64,000 bases of DNA from Raja brachyura (lineage: Eukaryota), in contig OY740788.1 in assembly GCA_963514005.1 (NCBI GenBank), positions 88,536,001 to 88,600,000 on the forward strand. Direction: 5' to 3'. The position numbers and the translations under genes are program-made. Position 1 is the stretch's first letter, and every line of letters begins with the position of its first letter. Shown piece after piece: positions 12,601 through 24,800 of the stretch. The notes under the pieces are model-generated. The model ran no database searches. It saw only the letters and a list, made by a program, of their open reading frames with translations, and was not told the DNA's origin.

Positions 12601-15600
12601 AGATTTAAAAAAAGCTGACTGACAGCTCACCGGCGAGAGAATAATCTGCGCATGCGCGGTTTTCAAGATTTTTAAAAGCCACTGCCTACCCTGGCTGATT
12701 ACTCACGGCACTTGCCTGCCCACTAGTCACTGCCTGCCATTGTGAAAAGGACCCGTTTACTCCTACTCTTTGCTTCCTGTTTGCCAGCCAGTTCTCTATC
12801 CACATCAATACTGAACCCCCAATGCCGTACGCTTTAAGTTTATATACTAATCTCTTATGTGGGACCTTGTCGAAAGCCTTCTGGAAGTCCAGATACACCA
12901 CATCCACTGGTTCTCCCTTATCCACGCTACTAGTTACATCCTCGAAAAATTCCACAAGATTCGTCAGACATGATTTACCTTTCGTAAATCCATGCTGACT
13001 TTGTCCAATGATTTCACCACTTTCCAAATGTGCTGCTACCCCATCTTTAATAACTGACTCTAGCAGTTTCCCCACTACCGATGTTAGACTAACTGGTCTG
13101 TAATTCCCCGTTTTCTCTCTCCCTCCCTTCTTAAAAAGAGGGGTTCCGTTTGCTACCCGCCAATCCTCAGGAACTAGTCCAGAATCTAAAGAGTTTTGAA
13201 AGATTATCACTAACGCATCCACTATTTCCAGAGCTACTTCCTTAAGTACTCTGGGATGCAGCTTATCTGGCCCTGGGGATTTATTGGCCTTTAATCCATT
13301 CAATTTACCCAACACCACTTCCCAACTAACCTGGATTTCACTCAATTCCTCCTTTGACCCCTGGTCCCCTGCTATTTCCGGAAGATTATTTATGTCTTCC
13401 TTAGTGAAGACGGAACCAAAGTAGTTATTCAATTGGTCCGCCATATCCTTGTTCCCCATGATCAACTCACCTGTTTCTGACTGCAAGGGACCTACATTTG
13501 TTTTAACTAATCTCTTTAACTTCACATATCTATAAAAACTTTTGCAGTCAGTTTTTATGTTCCCTGCCAGTTTTCTTTCATAATCTATTTTTCCTTTCCT
13601 AATTAAGCCCTTTGTCCTCCTCTGCTGGTCTCTGAATTCCAGTGGAAGTGGTGGAGGCAGGTTCGATGTTATCGTTTAAAAATAAATTGGATAGGTATAT
13701 GGACGGGAAAGGAATGGAGGGTTATTGTTTGAGTGCAGGTAGATGGGACTAGGTGAGAGTAAGTGTTCGGCACGGACTAGAAGGCCGAGATGGCCTGTTT
13801 CCGTGCTGTAAATGTAATATTATATGTTATATGGTTATATCAGTTGTTTGCCGTTCCAAACGGCACGCTCGGCAAGTCAGTTGATCTGTGGGTATTCTGG
13901 GCTGCTGGTAACGTGTTGAAAGTTCGATTATTTGGCAAAGTTATTAAATGCCTGACTGGTGAATTGTCTTCCATTTTCAATTTGAAGGCAGACAGGTGAC
14001 CCATGCACAGACAGCTGGATTTGTAGTTTCTGGATCACTGTCTTGTAGGTGACTGTTGGAAGCAGGTCAATTTCAAACCAGCTCGAGTCGGCGTCTGGCT
14101 GTTGCAGATAGCGCACGATTCGGTCTTTTCACGTATGAACCATGTCATCCCGGGCCAGTAGAACATGCTTTGGGCCCACCGAAGAGTGGCCTCTGTGCCG
14201 GGGTGGCCTCTGTGGATATCGTCATAGTACTCACCCTGTAGAGTGGGAGGGATTTGACGATTATCCTGTCCTGTAGCACTAGTTAATCAAGAACCAGGAA
14301 GTAGGGTTGTATTTCTAGTGGGATGTTTGACTGTTTGTGGGGCCATCCGTTCCTAATGACGGTGGCAAGCAGTTGCAAAGTCTTGTCCGCAGCTGAGTGT
14401 TCAGCAAGACGATGTAAACGATCAGGGGGCCCAAACAAGACCTTTAGGACTTAGAATTTGTCTTGTTTGATGGGGTGGCGTTCGCTGACAGTGCGCGGGG
14501 CTCTGGGAAGCGTGTCTGCGCGGGCTCTGGGAAGCGTGTCTGCGCGGGCTCTGGGAAGCGTGTCTGCGTGGGCTCTGGGAAGCGTGTCTGCGTGGGCTCT
14601 GGAAAGCGTGGGCTCTGGGAAGCGTGTCTGCGCGGGCTCTGGGAAGCGTGTCTGCGCGGGCTCTGGGAAGCGTGTCTGCGTGGGCTCTGGGAAGCGTGTC
14701 TGCGTGGGCTCTGGGAAGCGTGTCTGCGTGGGCTCTGGGAAGCGTGTCTGCGTGGGCTCTGGGAAGCGTGTCTGCGTGGGCTCTGGGAAGCGTGTCTGCG
14801 TGGGCTCTGGGAAGCGTGTCTGCATGGGCTCTGGAAAGCGTGGGCTCTGGGAAGCGTGTCTGCGTGGGCTCTGGGAAGCGTGTCTGCGTGGGCTCTGGGA
14901 AGCGTGTCTGCGTGGGCTCTGGAAAGCGTGGGCTCTGGGAAGCGTGTCTGCGTGGGCACTGGGAAGCGTGTCTGTGTGGGCTCTGGAAAGCGTGGGCTCT
15001 GGGAAGCGTGTCTGCGTGGGCTCTGGGAAGCGTGTCTGCGTGGGCTCTGGAAAGCGTGTCTGCGTGGGCTCTGGAAAGCGTGGGCTCTGGGAAGCGTGTC
15101 TGCATGGGCTCTGGGAAGCGTGTCTGCACGGGCTCTGGGAAGCGTGGGCTCTGGGAAGCGTGTCTGCGTGGGCTCTGGGAAGCGTGTCTGCGTGGGCTCT
15201 GGGAAGCGTGGGCTCTGGGAAGCGTGTCTGCGTGGGCTCTGGAAAGCGTGGGCTCTGGAAAGCGTATCTGTGTGGGCTCTGGGAAGCGTGTCTGCGTGGG
15301 CTCTGGGAAGCGTGTCTGCGTGGGCTCTGGGAAGCGTGGGCTCTGGGAAGCGTGTCTGCGTGGGCTCTGGGAAGCGTGTCTGCGTGGGCTCTGGAAAGCG
15401 TGTCTGCGTGGGCTCTGGAAAGCGTGGGCTCTGGGAAGCGTGTCTGCGCGGGCTCTGGGAAGCGTGGGCTCTGGGAAGCGTGTCTGCGTGGGCTCTGGGA
15501 AGCGTGTCTGCGTGGGCTCTGGGAAGCGTGGGCTCTGGGAAGCGTGTCTGCGTGGGCTCTGGAAAGCGTGGGCTCTGGAAAGTGTGTCTGTGTGGGCTCT

Positions 15601-18600
15601 GGGAAGCGTGGGCTCTGGGAAGCGTGTCTGCGCGGGCTCTGGGAAGCGTGGGCTCTGGGAAGCGTGTCTGCGCGGGCTCTGGGAAGCGTGGGCTCTGGAA
15701 AGCGTGTCTGCGTGGGCTCTGGAAAGCGTGGGCTCTGGGAAGCGTGTCTGCGTGGGCTCTGGGAAGCGTGTCTGCGTGGGCTCTGGGAAGCGTGTCTGCG
15801 TGGGCTCTGGGAAGCGTGGGCTCTGGGAAGCGTGTCTGCGTGGGCTCTGGGAAGCGTGTCTGCGTGGGCTCTGGGAAGCGTGTCTGCGTGGGTTCTGGAA
15901 AGGGTGTCTGCGTGGGCTCTGGGAAGCGTGTCTGCGCGGGCTCTGGGAAGCGTGTCTGCGTGGGCTCTGGGAAGCGTGTCTGCGTGGGCTCTGGGAAGCG
16001 TGTCTGCGCGGGCTCTGGGAAGCGTGTCTGCGCAGGCTCTGGGAAGCGTGTCTGCGCGGGCTCTGGGAAGCGTGTCTGCGTGGGCTCTGGGAAGCGTGTC
16101 TGCGTGGGCTGTGGGAAGCGTGGGCTCTGGAAAGCGTGTCTGCGTGGGCTCTGGGAAGCGTGTCTGCGTGGGCTCTGGAAAGCGTGTCTGCGTGGGCTCT
16201 GGGAAGCGTGTCTGCGCGGGCTCTGGAAAGCGTGTCTGCGCGGGCTCTGGGAAGCGTGTCTGCGTGGGCTCTGGGAAGCGTGGGCTCTGGAAAGCGTGTC
16301 TGCGTGGGCTCTGGAAAGCTTGTCTGCGTGGGCTCGGGAAAGCGTGTCTGCGTGGGCTCTGGAAAGCGTGTCTGCGCGGGCTCTGGGAAGCGTTTCTGCG
16401 TGGGCTCTGGGAAGCGTGTCTGCGTGGGCTCTGGGAAGCGTGGGCTCTGGAAAGCGTGTCTGCGTGGGCTCTGGGAAGCGTGGGCTCTGGGAAGCGTGTC
16501 TGCGCGGGGTCTGGGAAGCGTGTCTGCGTGGGCTCTGGAAAGCGTGTCTGCGTGGGCTCTGGAAAGCGTGTCTGCGTGGGCTCTGGGAAGCGTGTCTGCG
16601 CGGGCTCTGGGAAGCGTGTCTGCGCGGGCTCTGGGAAGCGTGTCTGCGTGGGCTCTGGGAAGCGTGTCTGCGTGGGCTCTGGAAAGCGTGTCTGCATGGG
16701 CTCTGGGAAGCGTGTCTGCGTGGGCTATGGGAAGCGTGTCTGCGTGGGCTCTGGGAAGCGTGGGCTCTGGAAAGCGTGTCTGCGCGGGCTCTGGGAAGCG
16801 TGTCTGCGTGGGCTCTGGGAAGCGTGTCTGCGCGGGCTCTGGAAAGCGTGCATGTCTTTACCTTTCTTGTACATGATGCGGAAGTCAAAACGCTGTAGGT
16901 GCATCATCATGCATTGTAGTTGAGCCGGGGCAGCGTGGATTGGCTTAAGGATGGTGACCTGTCTCAACAGTGATAGTTTTGCCATAAATCAAGTCCTTAA
17001 ATTTTGAGCAAGCAAAAACTACGGCGAGCAGCTCCTTTTCAATTTGATCATTGCATTATTTAGTGTCTTAGGGTTCAGCCTGAAACGTCACCCATTGCTT
17101 CTCTCCAGAGATGCTGCCGTTCGCACTGAGTTACTCCGGCATTTTGTGTCTATCTCCAATCGTCTTGGCCCCGCTCTGGCAGTAGGAGTGGGGCGGATCG
17201 GGATCCGCAACGGCCGTGAGCCCCAGGGCGAGCTCTGCGATCGCTTGCCTGCTGCTGCTGCTGTTGGAGGTGAGACGCTGCACAGCGCCAGGGTCTTGGG
17301 CCTGCCCCATTTTGGCCATCAGTTACGTGACAGGCCGGTGGCGGGCGAAGATTCCGTACAGGACGAAGTCCACACTCCTCCACACCGCTGTATGCACCCG
17401 TCCCACGCTACCCACGCGCTACCCACACATTAGCAGGTCGCGTAAATGGCATGCGAATGACTGCCAAGTGGGTCAGGCCCTTAAGTGAATGTTACTAGAA
17501 CTGCCAGCTTTGTTCCTGATTTACTGCTCAGTTTAACACACTGTGTACAGTCAACACACACTTACATGGAGCAGGATTTAACCTTTGATATTCAGTGTTT
17601 GTACTTTAGAGCTGTTGCTTTTACCAAAGGTATTCTTTGTCATTTCAGTGCAGAGTGAAAGAGCGAAGCTCAGGAGAAAACTAAAGAGTTTACAAATTGA
17701 GGATACATGTGCAGAACATTCATAAATATCCAACAGCTTTCATGCTGCCTTGTGTTTACAATTATGTTTGTGCTCATCATCTGTTCTGATCTTTGGTTGT
17801 TATTACCCACAGGTCTAACGGCAAACACATCCCTGATCCAATCCCCAGGAGCTCTGGTGGTGCGTGAGGGTGAAACAGTGGAGATACGGTGTGTCCTGAA
17901 CAGCACTAATGTGAATTACATTGTGAAAATATACGACGTTCACTGGTACAACTCACGTAATGGAATCCAATTACTTAGTCTTAGTGTGAATGACCACACC
18001 TACAGGTCACGCGGCTTCTCCAAGCGATTTCAGCTTTCCAGGGACGACGCCAGTAACAGCTACTCACTGACCATCAGAGAGGTGAAGATTGCCGACTCTG
18101 CTGATTACATCTGTGGCATTTGGGGGGATATATTTGGAAATGGAACCCAGCTGAATGTAACCAGTGAGTATTTAAATTGGTTCTATTTCCAATCCTAACA
18201 TCACGAGGAATCATGACGTCATGTTGTCAGTTTTACAGAGACAGACATCATTAGAAGTTCACACTGCAAAATGGAGAATGAAAATAGGCCACAATTATCT
18301 TTTAACTGAATAATGCAGATCACTCGGCACTGCGTTCTGAGACCAGGATGGAGAATGTAATTTGACATTGCCAGAGAGATACACATAGTGTGAACAGATG
18401 AATGTAAAGAAATTACAGTATCGGTAGGTTAGTTTCTTCATGTAGAATCACTTTGCTTGAGTTTAGTTTATTGTCACGTCTACCGAGGTACAGTGGAAAG
18501 CTTTTGTTGCCCGCTAACCAGTCAGCGGAAAGACAACACATGATTACAATCGAGCCATCCACAGTTTATACACAGTCACTGTTAGTTGCACCATCTGCCA

Positions 18601-18862
18601 CACTGAGATCAATTACTCGATGGTCAGCATGGGCTCAGTGGACTGAAGGGCCTGTTTCCACGCTGCATCTCTACACTAAAGTAAACTACACATTACCACC
18701 TCAATGATCTATCTGTACTATTTCCATACATTTTCATTCCTCCAATATACAGAGATCTGCTTATCTCTGTGTAGAGCGCAACAAAGGACTAAATACACGA
18801 CTGAACAAAGCTAAATGAAAACTGAAATCCCCATTGTGAGGCAACACCTCCCAACACTGGGG

Positions 18863-18893
<31 letters not shown>

Positions 18894-21800
18894 AGATAAT
18901 CGTGAACAGGGAGAAAGTTGCAATCAGCTGCAATCATGATTTTAATATCAGTTGCGAACCAAGTTAGCATCACTTTTACATGAGGTTATCTAATGAATGT
19001 ATTTTAAGTTGAAACACATACAGTATTTAGCGCCCCCAACATTAGTGTTCATCTATTGATATTTTCCCTTTCAAGTTGCAAACCCTCCGATCCTGATTCA
19101 ATTCCCGAGGCTGGAGCGTGTCACTGAGGGTCACACGGCACGGTTATGGTGCTCCATGGAGAACGCTGAAGTGGGAAACACTGACGTCCACTGGTACCGA
19201 GAACTACCCGGGCAGGACATGGAGTGGGTTTTAACACACGAGGCAGGAGGCAGCGTACGAAGGAGACCAGGCTTCACTGAGCGGTTCCAGCCGTTCAAAG
19301 ACGTCTCCAACAGCAGCTTCATCCTGAATGTCACAAATGTGATGCTCAATGACTCTGCCGTCTATTACTGCACAGTGTGGGGAGATATCAGGGGGAACGG
19401 AACCCAGCTCAACGTCACTGGTAAGTTCAGTTTACACAATACTCAATGATTTCCGTTAGTGAAAATATAGAGCATGTCAGGGGTGGGATAGCGGTTTTGC
19501 GTGTTCATTTTTATTTCAGTTTACAATATTTACAATGTTAAACACATTAAAAGTATTGAATCTTTTAGTTTTCATAGTCATACGGCTTGAAAACAGGCCC
19601 TTCGGCCTAACTTGCCCACACCGATTCATTTTCAAGCATTTATTTATGCTTTCTAACGAATTAGACAGACAAATACACATTTGTTGAGCATCACTTTTCT
19701 GCCCCGGCTCTTAACTCCAAGCTTACAGTCACACTTTACCTTATTGTGTTAGCCTGAATCTGACCCCACCATCTTGTGCTGACCGAACAGGCTGGGTTGC
19801 TTTGGAGAATGCTATGATGGGGCATCAATGATGGGGCATCAAGCCTGTGTGTTTGCTTAAATTGAGAGAAATAAACACAGGTTGCGTCTAAACTCTATAA
19901 ACCTTTGATATTTTTCAGAACAACCATATGAAAAGTTGTCTTTGAAAATCTTGGGCGCTATTGTAGCCTGTGTCCTCTTCATCCTCTTATGCAGCATCTT
20001 AGCAATAGCAGTGTGCTATATGAAAAAATGGGTGTGCTTTCAACACATATTTAAACCCGAAGGGTGAGTAAAATGTATTTTCACATCTTGCTTTAATATG
20101 ATATTGAATTAAGCATGGTGGGCGCAGGCGTTGAATCCAGCAAAGATCGGAGGAAAGAGTCGTGGAACTTGGAAGTTTCGTGGGGTGGAACAGTTCTGGC
20201 ACGGGTACAAAGGTAGGGTTGCTGCCTGACAGCGCCAGAGACACGGGTTCGATTCTGACTATGGGTGCTGTCTGTTCAGAGTTTGTCTGTTCTCTCCGTG
20301 ACCTGCATGGGTTTGCTCCGGGTGCTCGTTTCCTCATACATTCCAATGAAGTACAGGTTTGCTGGCTAATTGTAGGTAAAACAGTAAATGGTCCTAGTGT
20401 GTAGGATAGTGTTATTGTGCGGGAATCGCTGGTCGGAGCAGACTCAGTGGGCCGCAGGGCCTGTTTCCACGCTGTATCTTAAACTAAATTTAACTAAAAC
20501 TTCAGTTATGTGGAGGGACTGGAGAGGCTGGGTCCCAATGTCAGCACATCCTTCCTCAGATATGGGGCCCAAACTGCTCATAATACGCCAAACACGGTCT
20601 GAGCAGTGCCTCATTAAGCCTCAGCATTACAACCTATTTGGTATTGTAGCCCTCAAAATAAATGCTAGCTTTGCATTCACCTTCCTTACTACTCATTCCA
20701 CTTGTAAAGTAATCTTTTGTGAATCCTGCACCAGCTCCCAAGTCCCTTTGCACCTCTGATTTCTGAATTCTCTCCCCATTTAGAAAATAAGACAATTTTA
20801 TATGATATTTGAACAGCCCGCCACATTGCGGACCTTGCTTTAAACTTTAGAGACATCGTGTCGGAATAGGCCCTTCAGCCCACTGAGCCCAGTGATCACT
20901 AACACTATCCTACTCCCTGGGGCCAATTTACAATTTGTACCAAAGACAATTCATCTGCAAACCTGCACATCTTTGGCATGAGGGAGGAAATTGGAGGACC
21001 CGGAGAAAACCCACGCAGGTCACGGGGAGAATGTACAAGCTTTGTATAGACAGCAGCCGTAGTCAGGATCGAATCTGTGTCTCTAGCGCTGTAAGGCAGC
21101 AACTCTACCGCTGTGTAATTGTGGAGCCACTTTTTGTTGTCTGTGGCCGTAAAGCTCAAATGCTGTAACACCACATTTGTTTCTCGTGTCTTTCATCTTT
21201 GCACCACCTGTTGTACTTGTATCGGCTTTGATTGTATAGTATGATTTGACTGGATAGCATGCAAATAAAACTTCACTGTACCTCGGTACACATAAGAACA
21301 ATAAACCAAGACCAGTGCAGTCTTGTTGTTGTTCTTCAGAGACATTCAACAAATATAAATAGTTCACTGACAGTGTGTTCTATATCATTTCGCTAGGAAC
21401 TCTACTGAAGGCCTGAACCCAGTTTATTCGACAGTTACAGGTAAAAAGTTAATTTCAGTGCTCATATTGGGGATTGCTTCAAATGTTGGCTATGTTCAGT
21501 AATGATTCCAAATGTAAGAACATAAGAAACAGTCAAGAAAGTCGCCCATTGTTGCACCATTCTCAACTTCAACTATTCAACCTCTATGGCTTTTCAATTC
21601 CTTTAAACACACTCAACAAATTAGCTTCACAGTTCTCCGACAGAGAAATGCAAATATTCAAAGCACTCTTCAAAGAAAATTCTTCACAACTTAGTCATCT
21701 TGCACTAACCATATCTGAGTGAACCTGTGGAATCTGTTGCCATGGATGGCAGTGGAGGCCATGTCATTGGGTATTTTTAAATCGGGGATTGATAGGTTGT

Positions 21801-24800
21801 TGGTTAGTGAAGGTGCCAAAGTTACAGGGAGAGGATGGGATAATGGGGTTGGGAGGGAAATATCGATCAGCCATGGTTTAATGGTGGAACAAACTTGATG
21901 GGCCAAATGGCCTAAATCTGCTCCTATATCTTAGATCAATAGGGACAATTGGAATACATATCTGCTCTCTATTAGATCTTGTATCTGAACTATCTTATTC
22001 AAGCACTCAAGGTCTCCATCAAGGCAACTAAAATAGAGTTTTGGTCGATGTTTGGGTCGTGATTATAGAGAGCAGATAGCCAACAGAAAGAGGTGAAGGG
22101 GCGGTGTGAGGCAGGGCAGGCAGTAATAGATAGAAACACAAGAAGTGGGGAAAGGGGCAGATGAGCCAAGTGGGAGCAGATGGTGGGAATAGAGGCTGAA
22201 AGTTACTGTGGAAACAAGAGATGCTGGAATCCTACAGATGTTGGAATCTGGAAAGTCAGAAGGTGATATGCGGAAACAATGGTTCAATAGTGCTTTTATT
22301 GTCACATTTGCGAAGTGCTAACACAATGAAATTATTTATCATACAAACAGTCCAGTAGAATGTTGCCGATCCCTAATTAGCAAGTGTACAGATATAGTCT
22401 ACTGGGCCCGCATGCAAGAGGTGCCATCTAGTGGTGCTATTTTCAAAGTCCTCGCTCGAGTTCTGATGAGCAGTGCCTGTTCCAGGCAAGTCCCAGGCTG
22501 TTGGAGATCTCCAGCCATTTCCTTCCTTCGACGCCACGCTACCTGATCAGATTCCAGCATCTGCAGTCTCTGTGTCCCTAAAATAGAGAGCAGCCTGCCA
22601 CCAAGTACTGCTGCCTCTGCCCTCCTCCACTAAATGGACACAACATCAGTCTTAAACGAATTATTGGATATATATCAATTCCTGCAGCCTCTCGAAAGAT
22701 GCCTGCTGTAAGTGACAAATTAATGGCAGAATGGCAGAAAGACCAACATTAACACAGACTCTCAAATTTTAATCCATTTGATAGTGGCTGAATTTAAATC
22801 TATGATAGTGAACTAAAGGGCATATGTCCATGAATTAATTAAATGATAATCCTTTACATTCAATTGAGAAGTTTACGGATCCACCAAAAGGCAGCTTCTA
22901 CAATACTGCACTGAAGCATAGGCCTACGCAGTTTGTCTTAACTCCCTATAAAGGGCCTGATCCACAGCCTGCAGACTCCAGAAGTAAGCCAGACGTCTAG
23001 CCTTTAAGACATATGTGAGCCTTGTCATGCCCCTGTCAAGAGTGAGAAACTCTTCATACAAATGACAGCACGATGGCGCAGTGGTAGAGTTGCTGTCTTA
23101 CAGCACCAGCGACCTGGGTTCAATCCTGACTACGGGCACTGTCTGTACGGAGATTCACATTCTCCCTGTGACCATGTGGGTTTCCCCAATTGCTCTGGTT
23201 TCCTCCCACACTTCAAAGACGTACAGGTTTGTCCCTAGTGTGTGGGATAGTGTTAGTGTACGGGGATTGCTGGCCGGTGTATACTTGGTGGCTGAAGGGC
23301 CTGTTTCCACGCTGTATGTCTAGACTAAACATATGTGTTCTGCAGAATGTTGCAGCTATCTGAATGCACTGGATAAGGGATGGCAATAAGTTTGTATGAA
23401 GGGGTGAAGGGGTGGTAAATTGGATTAGTAAGTATGCAGATGATACCAAGATAGGGGGTGTTGTGGATAATGAAGAGGATTTCCAAAGTCTACAGAGTGA
23501 TTTAGGCCAGTTGGAAAAATGGGCTGAAAGATGGCAGATGGAGTTTAATGCTGATAAATGTGAGGTGCTACACCTTGGCAGGACAAATCAAAATAGGACG
23601 TACATGGTAAATGGTAGGGAATTGAAGAATACAGTTGAACAGAGGAATCTGGGAATAACCATGCATAGTTCCATAGTGGAATCTCATGACGTTAGAATTA
23701 AGGGACAGAAGTTTAGGGGTAACATGAGGGGGAACTTCTTTACTCAGAGAGTGGTAGTGGTGTGGAATGAGCTTCCAGTGGAAGTGGTGGCAGCAGGTTC
23801 GTTGATATCATTTAAAAATAAATTGGATAGGCATATGGATGAGAAGGGTATGGAGGGTTATGGTATGAGTGCAGGCAGGTGGGACTAAGGGAAAAAAGTT
23901 GTTCGGCACGGACTTGAAGGGCCGAGATGGCCTGTTTCCGTGCTGTAATTGTTATATGGTTAAATGTTATATGGTATACTGCACTATGATTACATTTTGA
24001 CAACTCAACAGATTCTTATTTTATTTCAGTTGAAACCAAGACCAATACAGAACCAGCCCCCAATGTCACTATGGTAAGTACCAGACATAAATACAAACTG
24101 CTGGAGCAACTCGGTGGGTCAGGCAGCATCTGCGGAAAGAAATGGATGGGCGACATTTTGGCCCATGCCTTTAATTGAATTACATTACTTCCTTTTTCGA
24201 CCTATACAAGCCATCTCAGGTTTACAAGTGTCCACCTTACTCCCTTACATATGAACCAGCTCCATAAATATCATTATATTCAAAGTCTTACGTACACAAA
24301 TCACGTTCATACCTGTGACTAGTGGTGAGCCACAGGGTTCGGTGCTGGGCCCGTTACTGTTTGCCATCTACAGCAATGATTTGGATGAGAACATACAAGG
24401 CATGATTAGCAAGTTTGCTGATGATACAAAAGTTATTGTTTTGCAGATAGTGAGGATGGTTGTGAACGATTGCAGCAGGATCTGGATCGATTGGCCAGGT
24501 GGGCGGAGGAATGGGTGATGGAATTTAATACAGAGAAGTGTGAGGTGTTGCATTTTGGGACGTCAAACTAGGGCAGAACCTACACAGTAAATGGTAGGCC
24601 TCTGGGTAGTGTTTTAGAGCAGAGGGATCTAGGAGTACAGGTGCATGGTTCCATGAAGGTCGAGTCGCAGGTGGATAAGGTAGTCAAAACGGCTTTTGGC
24701 ACTTTGGCCTTGATCAGACAGAGTATTGAGTACAGAAGTTGGGAGGTCATGTTGCAGTCAAGACGTTGGTGAGACCGCATTTAGAATATTGTGCTCAGTT

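Noticed and set aside
14498-16850. Array as a CRISPR or an Ig class-switch region (GGGCT-rich, intronic, near Ig exons)
   Set aside because: There are no unique spacers, and the DNA is eukaryotic. AGCT hot spots are essentially absent, and the unit is fully explained as Gypsy RNase H sequence.
14422-16923. ORFs of up to about 820 aa in all six frames
   Set aside because: Produced by a stop-free minisatellite; not protein genes.
19371-19377. Perfect RSS heptamer CACAGTG at the V/J-like boundary of domain 2
   Set aside because: No nonamer at 12 or 23 nt in either direction. It is explained by Cys-Thr-Val codons and is absent from domain 1.
17707-19449. Rearranging Ig light chain or TCR locus
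   Set aside because: No RSS-flanked V/J segments and no C1 exon. The V exons splice to a TM exon and ITIM-bearing exons.
23066-23140. tRNA gene
   Set aside because: The A/B boxes are the head of a multicopy SINE, followed by the SINE body and tail.
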